A stretch of 63,136 nt of DNA, from assembly GCA_025929425.1 (NCBI GenBank), contig JAICME010000001.1:1-63136 (forward strand), read 5' to 3'. Positions 41,497-50,435 of this stretch are shown here, piece after piece; position 1 is the stretch's first letter, and each line of letters begins with the position of its first letter. The notes beneath the pieces were generated by a model that saw only the letters and a list, made by a program, of their open reading frames with translations, was not told the origin of the DNA and did not search any database. Source of the stretch: Thermoleophilia bacterium (GTDB lineage: Bacteria > Actinomycetota > Thermoleophilia > Gaiellales > Gaiellaceae). The translations under genes and the position numbers were made by a program.

Positions 41497-42587
41497 GGCC
41501 GGTCACGCGCTGCGAGGTACGTCTGGTTGAAGGCGTACGGCAGCTCGTCCTTCTCCGCGTAGACCCCGTGGGTGAACGCGCGCGAGCGGACGCCCTGCTG
41601 CACGCGCTCGCAGACGACGTAGTCCTGGTGCGCGACGAGCTCGGAGAACTCGATCGTCTCGCGCGGGTCGAAGCCCGGGTCGGCGATCGCCTCGGGCCGG
41701 AACAGGTAGTCGGTGATGATCGTCGTCCGCTCGGGCCCCCGCGGCTGCATCCGCGTCGCGATCACGACGGTTCCGGTCAGGTCGATGAACATGTTCGGGA
41801 AGATGCTCGCGCCGTGCATCGCGTTCGCCTGCTGCTCGGTCAGGCCCGGCATGACCGGGATCGTCGTCGTGCCGGTGGCCGTGTAGCCGGCGCCTTCCAT
41901 CGACACGCCCCAGTCGTCGCGGCCCTCCTCGAACACGAGCCCCTTGCGGAAGGTCGGCGCGACTGCAACGAGCTCCGGATGGACGGTCGGGCAGTGCAGG
42001 CACTCGTTGTAGTTCTCGATCAGGATCTTCCAGTTCGCCGCGAGCTCGGTCACGGTCTGCTCCACCGTGCGCAGCTCGTCCATCCGCCATGGCTCGTACT
42101 GGAGCGGCCTGTCGTTCTGCCGCTCGAACGACGTACGCACGTCCGCTTTCGGCTCGCCGAGGTGAACGAAGACGAACCCCTGCCAGACGTCCACGTGAAC
42201 CGGCCAGAGCGAAAGCGCTGAACGGTCGACCTCGTCGGGATCGACGAGGGGCGTCCCGATCAGGTCGCCTTCGTACGAGTACGTCCAGGCGTGGTACGGG
42301 CACTTGATCGCACCCTTCGCGTGGCCTCGTGTCTCGGGGTCGCAGATGCGGCTTCCGCGATGCCGGCAGACGTTGTAGAAGCCGCGCAGCTCGCCGTCCT
42401 TGCCGCGGACGACGAGGATGCTCTCCCCCACCACGTCCACGGTGAGGAAGTCGCCCGGCTCAGGCGCGCGATCGGCGCGTCCGGCATAGAACCACTCGCC
42501 GAAGAAGATCTTCTCCCGCTCCAGCTCGAAGATCTCGGGTGCGTGGTAATCGCGCCCCGGAAGAGTCGGCCGACCCGCGCTCGACAT
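41493..42587 (-). CDS. Rieske [2Fe-2S] non-heme-iron oxygenase alpha subunit (GbcA/choline-monooxygenase-like)
   Basis: The Rieske motif is CRHRGSRIC...CPYHAWTY. The N-terminus is LPGRDYHAPEIFELEREKIFFGEWF. The catalytic-domain His residues are NECLHCPTVHPE. Confidence 0.85.
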   Translation of the reverse strand: MSSAGRPTLPGRDYHAPEIFELEREKIFFGEWFYAGRADRAPEPGDFLTVDVVGESILVVRGKDGELRGFYNVCRHRGSRICDPETRGHAKGAIKCPYHAWTYSYEGDLIGTPLVDPDEVDRSALSLWPVHVDVWQGFVFVHLGEPKADVRTSFERQNDRPLQYEPWRMDELRTVEQTVTELAANWKILIENYNECLHCPTVHPELVAVAPTFRKGLVFEEGRDDWGVSMEGAGYTATGTTTIPVMPGLTEQQANAMHGASIFPNMFIDLTGTVVIATRMQPRGPERTTIITDYLFRPEAIADPGFDPRETIEFSELVAHQDYVVCERVQQGVRSRAFTHGVYAEKDELPYAFNQTYLAARDRP

Positions 42588-42827
42588 GCCAGTATGTAAC
42601 CACAGCCACCCTTATATCGGCGTCCGAAGCTTGACACATCGTGCGCTGTCGGTTTGCATTGTGCGAACATCCCGACCCCAGGAGGGACCCATGCATCCGC
42701 GTGAACGGCCGACGAACAGGCGTCAGTTCCTAATCCGGGCGGGAGGAGCCGAGGGGACGCTCTCAGACGCCGACGGGCTGCGAAGCGTGTGCGGGGGAAT
42801 GCCCCGGTCGCAACCAGGAGGGGAACG

Positions 42828-44117
42828 ATGACATTCCATCCGAGAGAGTCACGCGGATACACCCGGCGCGAGGCGCTGCTGCGGGCCGGTGGGGCCGCGA
42901 TCTCACTCTCGAGCATTCCCGGTTTTCTCGCCGCCTGCGGCGGCAGCACACCCGGCACCACCAGCACCGGCGCCGCCGGTGGCTGGCCGGTCGGCCCAGG
43001 CGGCATTCCGCTCGCCCGTGCGTCACACCCCGTCACGCTGAAGCGCTGGGAGGACCCGATCGCGTCCGGGATGAAGCCCGAGACGGGCGGCACGTTCACC
43101 ATCTTCAACTACCCCGCCTACATCGACCCCGCCGTGCTCAAGGCCTTCGGCAAGAAGTACGGCGTCACGGTGAAGGTCACGCCCTTCGACAACATCGCCA
43201 CCGGCGTCACGAAGCTGGCATCGGGGACGGTCTCGCCCGACGTCACCGAGATGACGCCCGACCAACTCCCCCGCGTCGTCGCGGGCAAGCTGGTGAAGCC
43301 GCTCAATCTCGACTACATCCCGAACCTGAAGAACGTCTGGCCGGGTTTCCAGAGCCCGTACTACGACGTCGGATCCCGCTACGGAGTGCCGTACACCGTC
43401 TACTCCACCGGCATCGCCTACCGCACGGACCGCGTCAAGGAGGACATTCCCAACCTCAAGCCCAACCCCTGGGACATCTTCTGGCATTCCCAGAAGTACA
43501 CCGGCAAGGTCGCGCTGCTCTCGGAGGAGCGCGAGACGATCGCGATGGCGCTTCTGCACCGCGGAATCAAGGACATCAACACCGAGGACCCAACGCTCGT
43601 CAACCGGGCCGTGAAGGACCTGCAGGAGCTCTACAAGATCTGCAGCATCAAGGTCGGCGACCTGCAGTACGAGAACGTGCCCGAAGACAAGGCCTGGCTG
43701 AACCAGGCCTGGTCGGGCGACATGTTGGCCGGCTACCTGTACTACCTGCCCAACAAGCAGACGGGGAAGCTGCTGCGCTTCTGGAACCCGGGGTACGGCA
43801 ACGGCCCGATCGGCAACGACCTGTGGTGCGTCTGCTCGACCACCAAGAAGCCGGTGCTCGCCCATCTGTTCCTGAACTACATGCTCGACAACGGCGTCGG
43901 CTACAAGAACTTCGTCGACTTCAACGGCTATCAACCGCCGTTCAACGAGATCCAGTCGGAGAGCCTGATCAAGAAGGGCGTGATCCCGGAGACCCTCGCG
44001 AGCTCCGTGCTGACCGAACGCGACTTCGGGCCCAAGGCGCTCGTCGAGGCGGGCCTGACCAACACCGGCGAGTCGCTCTGGCAGAACGGGTACGCGACCT
44101 TCACCTCCGGGGCGTAG
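42828..44117 (+). CDS. ABC transporter substrate-binding lipoprotein, PotD/PotF (polyamine) family
   Basis: ATG 42828 lies 6 nt after AGGAGGGG. The N-terminus is Tat/lipobox-like (RREALLRAGGAAISL...LAACGG). About 429 aa. Confidence 0.8.
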   Translation: MTFHPRESRGYTRREALLRAGGAAISLSSIPGFLAACGGSTPGTTSTGAAGGWPVGPGGIPLARASHPVTLKRWEDPIASGMKPETGGTFTIFNYPAYIDPAVLKAFGKKYGVTVKVTPFDNIATGVTKLASGTVSPDVTEMTPDQLPRVVAGKLVKPLNLDYIPNLKNVWPGFQSPYYDVGSRYGVPYTVYSTGIAYRTDRVKEDIPNLKPNPWDIFWHSQKYTGKVALLSEERETIAMALLHRGIKDINTEDPTLVNRAVKDLQELYKICSIKVGDLQYENVPEDKAWLNQAWSGDMLAGYLYYLPNKQTGKLLRFWNPGYGNGPIGNDLWCVCSTTKKPVLAHLFLNYMLDNGVGYKNFVDFNGYQPPFNEIQSESLIKKGVIPETLASSVLTERDFGPKALVEAGLTNTGESLWQNGYATFTSGA

Positions 44118-44141
44118 GTGGACCGACCGTACGAGGCGTAG

Positions 44142-45059
44142 ATGTACCCCCGCTGGCTCTGGCCTCTCACGGCGCTTCCCGGTGTCGTCTGGCTCCTGCT
44201 GCTGTTCCTGCTGCCGCTCTACGCCGTCCTCGGCGTCGCCTTCGGCAACGTCGACCCTGTCCTGCTCCAGCCCATCCCGGCCTGGAACCCCGCCGACTGG
44301 AACACCAGCTGGTTCACCCACGTGCTGGGCCAGCTCGTCCCGGGCAACGCCTTCTGGGACGTCTTCGTGCGGACGTGCGAGTACGTCGGCCTTTCGCTCG
44401 CCGGCTGCATCCTGATCGGCTACCCCGTCGCGTACTTCGTCGCCCGGCACGCGTCCCGCACGAAGAGCCTGCTGCTGATCCTGCTCGTGCTGCCGTTCTG
44501 GATCAGCTACTTGATGCGGATGCTGGCGTGGATCAACCTGCTCTCACCGGGCGGCTACGGGCTGCGGTTCCTGTCGGCGACCGGCATCAGCAGCGTGCTG
44601 TTCCATCTCGGCGTGATCTCCGACCCATCGAACTACCTCGGCGGGCAGAGCTTCACCGTGATCCTGGGGCTGATCTACGGCTACATCCCCTACTTCATCC
44701 TCCCGCTCTACGCCTCGCTCGACCGCATCGACCGCTCGCACCTGGAAGCGGCCCGTGACCTCGGTGCGAGTCCGTTCCGGGCCTTCTGGCACGTCACGGT
44801 GCCACTGTCGAAGACGGGCCTGCTCGGCGGTGCCGTGCTGATCACGCTGCCGATGTTCGGCGACTACTACACGCCGAACATCGTGTCGGGTGCGCCGACC
44901 ACGTCGATGATCGGCAACCAGATCGATCTGTACTTCCACGGCGGCCCCCAGCCCACGATCGGGGCCGCGATCACGATCCTGCTCTCGGCTTTCCTCATGA
45001 TCCTGATGCTCTATTACATGCGGACGATTCACCGCGCGTCGAGGGAGATCCCGGCGTGA
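44142..45059 (+). CDS. ABC transporter permease (PotB-like)
   Basis: 6 TM helices and an EAA loop, LEAARDLGASPFRAFWHVTVPL. Confidence 0.85.
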   Translation: MYPRWLWPLTALPGVVWLLLLFLLPLYAVLGVAFGNVDPVLLQPIPAWNPADWNTSWFTHVLGQLVPGNAFWDVFVRTCEYVGLSLAGCILIGYPVAYFVARHASRTKSLLLILLVLPFWISYLMRMLAWINLLSPGGYGLRFLSATGISSVLFHLGVISDPSNYLGGQSFTVILGLIYGYIPYFILPLYASLDRIDRSHLEAARDLGASPFRAFWHVTVPLSKTGLLGGAVLITLPMFGDYYTPNIVSGAPTTSMIGNQIDLYFHGGPQPTIGAAITILLSAFLMILMLYYMRTIHRASREIPA

Positions 45060-45988
45060 GCCAGGCCCTCGCCCCTCGGCGCGAGTCCGAGTTCGGGTAC
45101 ACCCAGCGGCTACGCGGCTGGCTCGGCAACCACTGGGGCAAGCCGCGCTTCCTCGTGCTCGTCACCTGGAGCTACATCGTCTGGTCGATCGTCCCGGTGC
45201 TGGTCGCCATCCAGTTCTCGTTCAACGACAGCCGCTCGTTGAGCAGCTGGCACGGCTTCACGTTGAAGTGGTACACGAGCACGAACCCGAACATCGACTC
45301 GGTCTTCCACAGCGCGGAATTGCGAGGTGCTCTGGAGCAGAGCATGAAACTCGCAGGGCTGGACGTGCTGATCGCCACACCGATCGGCGTCTTGCTGGCG
45401 CTCGGCCTGGCCCGTTGGCGCGGTCGCGGCTCGGGCGCCTCTAACTTCCTGATGCTGTTTCCGCTCGTCACACCCGAGATCGTGGCCGGGGTGTCGCTGC
45501 TCCTCCTCTTCAGCCAGCTGCTCACGTTCGTGCCCTTCGGGACCGTCGCGCAGTTGCTCGGCCACGTCACATTCTCGATCAGCTACGTCGTCGTGATCGT
45601 GCGCGGCCGGCTGTTCTCGATCGGCCCGTCGTACGAGGAAGCCGCAGCCGACCTGGGCGCCGCGCCCGCCACGAGGCTCACTCGGGTGCTCCTGCCGCTC
45701 CTGTTGCCGGCGATCGTTGCCAGCGCCGCAATCGTGTTCGCGATCTCGATCGACGACTTCGTGATCAGCCAGTGGCTCTCGAACGGCGCCAACTCGACGA
45801 CCGTCCCGATGGAGATCTACGACGCGACGCGCGCCACACCCCAGCCGTCGACGGACGGCATCGCGACGGTGATCATGGTGATCACGCTGCTCTCGGTGGT
45901 CGCGGGCGTCCTCGTCTACCGCTTCTTCACTCGGGGCGAGTCCGGCCGTGGATCGGCCATCGACGACGTCGCCGGATTCGGGATCTGA
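45056..45988 (+). CDS. ABC transporter permease (PotC-like)
   Basis: 4-nt overlap with the upstream permease. The EAA loop is YEEAAADLGAAPATRLTRVLLPLL. Confidence 0.85.
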   Translation: MSQALAPRRESEFGYTQRLRGWLGNHWGKPRFLVLVTWSYIVWSIVPVLVAIQFSFNDSRSLSSWHGFTLKWYTSTNPNIDSVFHSAELRGALEQSMKLAGLDVLIATPIGVLLALGLARWRGRGSGASNFLMLFPLVTPEIVAGVSLLLLFSQLLTFVPFGTVAQLLGHVTFSISYVVVIVRGRLFSIGPSYEEAAADLGAAPATRLTRVLLPLLLPAIVASAAIVFAISIDDFVISQWLSNGANSTTVPMEIYDATRATPQPSTDGIATVIMVITLLSVVAGVLVYRFFTRGESGRGSAIDDVAGFGI

Positions 45989-46026
45989 GGCTGCCGGTGC
46001 AACTTCAACCGCAGAGGACGTGACGC

Positions 46027-47199
46027 GTGGCCGGTGGTGAGGTAGAGGTCGTCGACCTCGTCAAGATGTTCAACGAGGTGACCGCGGTCGACGGCATCAA
46101 CCTGCAGATGCCGGCCGGGGAGTTCTTCTCGATGCTGGGCCCGTCCGGTTGCGGCAAGACGACGACGCTGCGGATGATCGCCGGATTCGAGCAACCCACC
46201 AGCGGCCAGATCCTGCTCGACGGCCGGAACATGGCCTTCACACCGCCGCACAAGCGCAACGTGAACATGGTGTTCCAGAACTACGCGCTGTTCCCCCACC
46301 TCAACGTGTTCGACAACATCGCCTTCGGCCTGCGCCGCGACAAGCGGCCCAAGGCAGAGATCCGCCGGCGCGTGGGCGAAGCCCTCGAACTCGTGCAGCT
46401 GACGGGAATGGAGAAGCGCAAGCCGGGGCAGATGTCGGGCGGTCAGCAGCAGCGCGTGGCGCTGGCGCGTGCGCTCGTGCTGCAGCCCGCGGTGCTGCTG
46501 CTCGACGAGCCGCTCGGTGCCCTCGACGCGAAGCTCCGAAAGACGCTCCAGATCGAACTGAAGGAGCTACAGCAGCAGGTCGGCATCACGTTCATCTACG
46601 TGACGCACGACCAGGAGGAGGCGCTCACGATGAGCGATCGCATCGCCGTGATGAGCGCCGGAAGGGTCGAACAAGTCGGTCCGCCACAGCACCTGTACGA
46701 GGAACCGACGACGACCTTCGTCGCCGACTTCCTCGGGGTGTCGAACCTGATGACCGCCACTGCGCGGGGCGAGTCGAACGGCCGGTGCAAGGTCTCCCTC
46801 GGCGAGTTCGCGCTGTACGCCGCGAATGGAGACGTGTCGACCACCGGCGAAACCCGCATCGTGATCCGACCCGAGCGCGTGCGCCTGGAGGCGCACGGGA
46901 CGAGCGGCGAGAACCGGATCCCCGGCATGGTCGAGCGCGTCGTCTACCTCGGCAACGGGAACCAGATCATCGTCGGCCTCGCCCACGGCGAGAGGATCCA
47001 GGCGCTCGTCCAGAACACCGGCGACGAGCTCGCGTACCGCCAGGGCGACCCGGTCCAGGCGTACATGCCGGCGGAAGCGCTACGCGTGCTCACCGATACC
47101 GGCACGGCGCCGCTCGAGGACGACCCGCGGGCACGCCCGGCCGTGCGTCCGGTCGAGCCGATCGCCGAAGAGGCGTCCACACCCAACGTGAACGTCTGA
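46027..47199 (+). CDS. ABC transporter ATP-binding protein (PotA-like)
   Basis: Walker A is GPSGCGKTT. Signature is MSGGQQQRVALARAL. Walker B is LLLDEPLGALD. It has a C-terminal TOBE-like domain. Confidence 0.9.
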   Translation: MAGGEVEVVDLVKMFNEVTAVDGINLQMPAGEFFSMLGPSGCGKTTTLRMIAGFEQPTSGQILLDGRNMAFTPPHKRNVNMVFQNYALFPHLNVFDNIAFGLRRDKRPKAEIRRRVGEALELVQLTGMEKRKPGQMSGGQQQRVALARALVLQPAVLLLDEPLGALDAKLRKTLQIELKELQQQVGITFIYVTHDQEEALTMSDRIAVMSAGRVEQVGPPQHLYEEPTTTFVADFLGVSNLMTATARGESNGRCKVSLGEFALYAANGDVSTTGETRIVIRPERVRLEAHGTSGENRIPGMVERVVYLGNGNQIIVGLAHGERIQALVQNTGDELAYRQGDPVQAYMPAEALRVLTDTGTAPLEDDPRARPAVRPVEPIAEEASTPNVNV

Positions 47200-48356
47200 T
47201 GGACGCCCTGCGGCTCGATGCCGAGGCCGCCGAGTGGCAGGAACGGGCGCGGCGCTTCGTCGAGGAGGAGCTCTATCCCGCCGAAGAGCGGATCGCCGAG
47301 CGGGGCTCGATCGACGCGGACGAGGTGCGAGAGCTGCGCGTGCGGGCGCGGGCGGAGGGTTTCTCGCACTACAACCTGCCGCAAGACCTGGGCTGCGCAG
47401 ACCTGCCGCTCATCGCGCAGGTTGCGATCGAGGAGCAGGCCGGACGCGCGACGAACGGGCTCGGCTTCGTCGTCGCCGACCGCGGGCCGCGCGAGCTCGT
47501 CGAGCTGGCGACGGAGGATCAGCTCGAGCGCCGGCTGCGGCCGGTGCTGCGGCGGGAGATCGTCGAGGCCTGGGCGGTGACGGAGCCCGGGGCAGGGTCT
47601 GATGTGGGAGGAATCGCCGCGACGGCGACCCGCGACGGCGCCGACTGGGTGCTGGACGGCGAGAAGTGGTTCGTCACCGGCGGCGACCATGCGGGGCTGT
47701 TCGTCGTTCTGGCTCAGGCGGACGGAGAGCAAGCGCTCTTCCTCGTCTCGCGCGACGCCCCCGGGCTCGAGATCGTCCGCCGGCCGCACTTCATGCACGA
47801 CCCGTACATCGACGGCCACATCGAGCTGCGACTCACCGCTTGCCGCGTCCCCGATCGCGACCGGCTCCCGAGCGGCGACGACGGAGCGCGCCGCTGGTTC
47901 ACGATCGAGCGGCTGATGATCGCCGCGCGCTGTTGCGGCGCGGCCGCACGGCTCCTCGAGCTGGCGACAGAGTGGGCCGCCGGGCGCGAGGCGTTCGGGC
48001 AGGCGATCGCCGACTACCAGGGAGTCTCCTTCCCGCTCGCCGACTCGCTGACGGAGCTCCTCGCCGCGCGCCTCCTCACCTACCACGCGGCGCACGAGCT
48101 GGACGCGAACCCCTCACCGGGCGTCGCTCACGGCAAGGTCGCGATGGCGAAGCTCTACGCCTCGGAAACGGCGAACCGGATCGCCGACCGCGCGCTCCAG
48201 ATCTTCGGCGGCCGCGGCTACATGACCGAGCATCCGGTCGAGCGGCACTTCCGCGAACTGCGCGTCGACCGCATCTGGGAGGGCACGAGCGAGATCCAGC
48301 GCGTGATCATCGCCCGCGGCCTGTTCAAGCGCGGCGCGGAGCCGTATCTCGCCTAG
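47199..48356 (+). CDS. Acyl-CoA dehydrogenase family protein
   Basis: ATG 47199 overlaps the potA-like TGA. AWAVTEPGAGSD...IFGGRGYMTEHPVERHFRELRVDRIWEGTSEIQRVIIAR. Confidence 0.88.
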   Translation: MDALRLDAEAAEWQERARRFVEEELYPAEERIAERGSIDADEVRELRVRARAEGFSHYNLPQDLGCADLPLIAQVAIEEQAGRATNGLGFVVADRGPRELVELATEDQLERRLRPVLRREIVEAWAVTEPGAGSDVGGIAATATRDGADWVLDGEKWFVTGGDHAGLFVVLAQADGEQALFLVSRDAPGLEIVRRPHFMHDPYIDGHIELRLTACRVPDRDRLPSGDDGARRWFTIERLMIAARCCGAAARLLELATEWAAGREAFGQAIADYQGVSFPLADSLTELLAARLLTYHAAHELDANPSPGVAHGKVAMAKLYASETANRIADRALQIFGGRGYMTEHPVERHFRELRVDRIWEGTSEIQRVIIARGLFKRGAEPYLA

Positions 48357-49156
48357 ACGGGGCCGAGGATCTCGTCGATCTGACGCTCGACGTTGAAGCC
48401 GCGCATCTCGGCCAGATCCGGCGCGCAGTCGCGCGGGAGCTCCACGGCCGAGCCGGCGCCGTGCGCTTCCTCGCGCGTCGCTGCCCCGGCGACGGCCGCG
48501 TGCAGGGAGCGCAGGTACGCGAGATCGGTCTCGGCGATGCGCAGCGCTTCGTCGGGCTCGAGCGGGGAACCGTGGCCGGGAATCACCATCTCCGGCGGGT
48601 CTGCGCGAAGCGTCTCGACCAGTCCGGCCAGCGTGAACCGGTAGGCGGCCGGAGACTTGGCGAACGGAAACTCCACCGGCGACAGGTGGTCGCCGACGAT
48701 GAGCAGGCCGAGGTCGCGGATCCGGTAGCCGGTGCCGTCTTCGGTGTGTCCCGTGAGCGGGAAGGTCTCGACGACGAACGGGCCGAGGGCGACCGCCGCT
48801 CCTCGCGTGAAGGTCTGGTCGACTCGGGGCGGGCCCGAGACCTCGAGCTCATACGTCTCGGCGGCGCGCTCGACGGAGTCGACGCCTCGGCTCCGCACTC
48901 GTTCGGCCGTCTCCTCCCCCATGACGGCTGCGGCGTCCGGAAACGCGCCGATGCCGCAGACATGATCCCAGTCGCCGTGCGTGATCAGGACGTGCCGGAT
49001 CGGAGCGTCGAGCTCGAGCGCCCGCCGGCCGATCCGGGCCACTTCCTCCGACGAGATCGCCGGATCGACCACGAGGGACTCGCCCTCTGCGACGACGAGC
49101 AACGAGGTGGTGCTCCAGAGCGCAGCCTCGAAGCGTTCCCACATCGACCTAGGCAC
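48353..49156 (-). CDS. MBL-fold metallo-hydrolase
   Basis: VLITHGDWDHVCG (HxHxDH-type variant) and GHTEDG. Confidence 0.75.
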   Translation of the reverse strand: MPRSMWERFEAALWSTTSLLVVAEGESLVVDPAISSEEVARIGRRALELDAPIRHVLITHGDWDHVCGIGAFPDAAAVMGEETAERVRSRGVDSVERAAETYELEVSGPPRVDQTFTRGAAVALGPFVVETFPLTGHTEDGTGYRIRDLGLLIVGDHLSPVEFPFAKSPAAYRFTLAGLVETLRADPPEMVIPGHGSPLEPDEALRIAETDLAYLRSLHAAVAGAATREEAHGAGSAVELPRDCAPDLAEMRGFNVERQIDEILGPV

Positions 49157-50435
49157 CCCGCAGATTCAACACAGCACAGGCTCCTGCTTCCAGCCCCGAC
49201 TCGATCGCTCCGTCGATGAAGCCCGACCAGCCGTTCGCGAGGTCCGAGCCGGCGAGGAGCACGCGGCCCTCGGGACGGCGCATCTCCGCGTGGTGACGCG
49301 TGTACCACCCGGGCGGATGGATCGCCCAGGTCCCGCGCGCGTACTCGTCGGCGAGCCAGTCGTGCCACGTGGCATCGATGAGCTCGTAGCCGGGGAGGAT
49401 CTCGTCGAGGTCGCGCTGCAGCCCGTTCGGATCGCAGCGCTCTGCGTCGATCCCGAAGCCGATCTGGAGCTGTTCCCCGGCGCCGAGCAGCACCTCGGTG
49501 TCGAGGTAGCCGAACGGGTGCCGCGGCCTGATCGCGTTGTCGAACACGTCGCTGCCCCGGGTGCGGAGGAAGATCTTGAGCCCGCGCGACGCCTGCCCCG
49601 CCGCGATCGCCTCCTGCTTCCCCTCCGACAGCGCGGGCTCGAACTCGATCGTGCCGAGCACGTTCAGCGGCACGGCGACCACGGCGACGGCCGCATCGTG
49701 CAGCTCGCCGGCTCGCGTCTCCACCTCGACGCGGTCTCCGCGCACGCGCACTGCGGCCACCGGCGTGTCGAGCCGCGCCTCGACCGGCGCGGCCGAGGCG
49801 ATCGCCTGCAGCAACGCACCCGTCCCCGCGGCGAGCATGACCCGGCCGCCCGTGTACTGGGTGAGCGCGAGGCTGTAGCCCGAGAGGGCGTGCCAGCGCA
49901 GCACCGAGACTGCGCCCGCGTCCTCGAGAGGTGCGCTCGCCACCGACTCGAGCTCGGCCTCGAGCACGGCGCGCTCCTCCTCGTCCAGCTCGAGCTCGGC
50001 GACGCGCTCGGCGATGGTCAGCCGGTCGAAGCGGGCGAGCTCCTCCTGTGCGAGCAGCGGGTCGTACGGATTCGGGAGCGCCTCGTGGACACCCTCGACG
50101 AAGCGGTTCCAGCCTCGCTCGGCGATCGCATCGCGCTCGGCGATCGAGCCCTCGCGCCGCTCGTCTCCCACCCACCAGTGCGCCCGCTGCGCGTCCTCGC
50201 TCAGCTCCACCTTCAGACCGGCGCGCGTGATCTCGGACCACGTATGCGGCTGATGCCAGTGCACCCACCCGCCGCCGTACTCGATCGGGATCCCGTGCCA
50301 GACGGCGCTCCACGTGCGCCCGCCGAGCCGGTCCCGCGCCTCGAGCAGGAGGACGGAGCGGCCGCGCAGCGCGATCTCGCGAGCCGCGGTGACGCCGGCG
50401 AAACCGCCCCCGACGACGATCGCGTCGTGGGTCAT
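49149..50435 (-). CDS. Flavin-containing amine oxidase (putrescine/monoamine oxidase-like)
   Basis: Start at ATG 50435: MTHDAIVVGGGFAGVTAAREIALRGRSVLLLEARDRLGGRTW. The C-terminus is LLAGSDLANGWSGFIDGAIESG. Confidence 0.85.
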   Translation of the reverse strand: MTHDAIVVGGGFAGVTAAREIALRGRSVLLLEARDRLGGRTWSAVWHGIPIEYGGGWVHWHQPHTWSEITRAGLKVELSEDAQRAHWWVGDERREGSIAERDAIAERGWNRFVEGVHEALPNPYDPLLAQEELARFDRLTIAERVAELELDEEERAVLEAELESVASAPLEDAGAVSVLRWHALSGYSLALTQYTGGRVMLAAGTGALLQAIASAAPVEARLDTPVAAVRVRGDRVEVETRAGELHDAAVAVVAVPLNVLGTIEFEPALSEGKQEAIAAGQASRGLKIFLRTRGSDVFDNAIRPRHPFGYLDTEVLLGAGEQLQIGFGIDAERCDPNGLQRDLDEILPGYELIDATWHDWLADEYARGTWAIHPPGWYTRHHAEMRRPEGRVLLAGSDLANGWSGFIDGAIESGLEAGACAVLNLRGA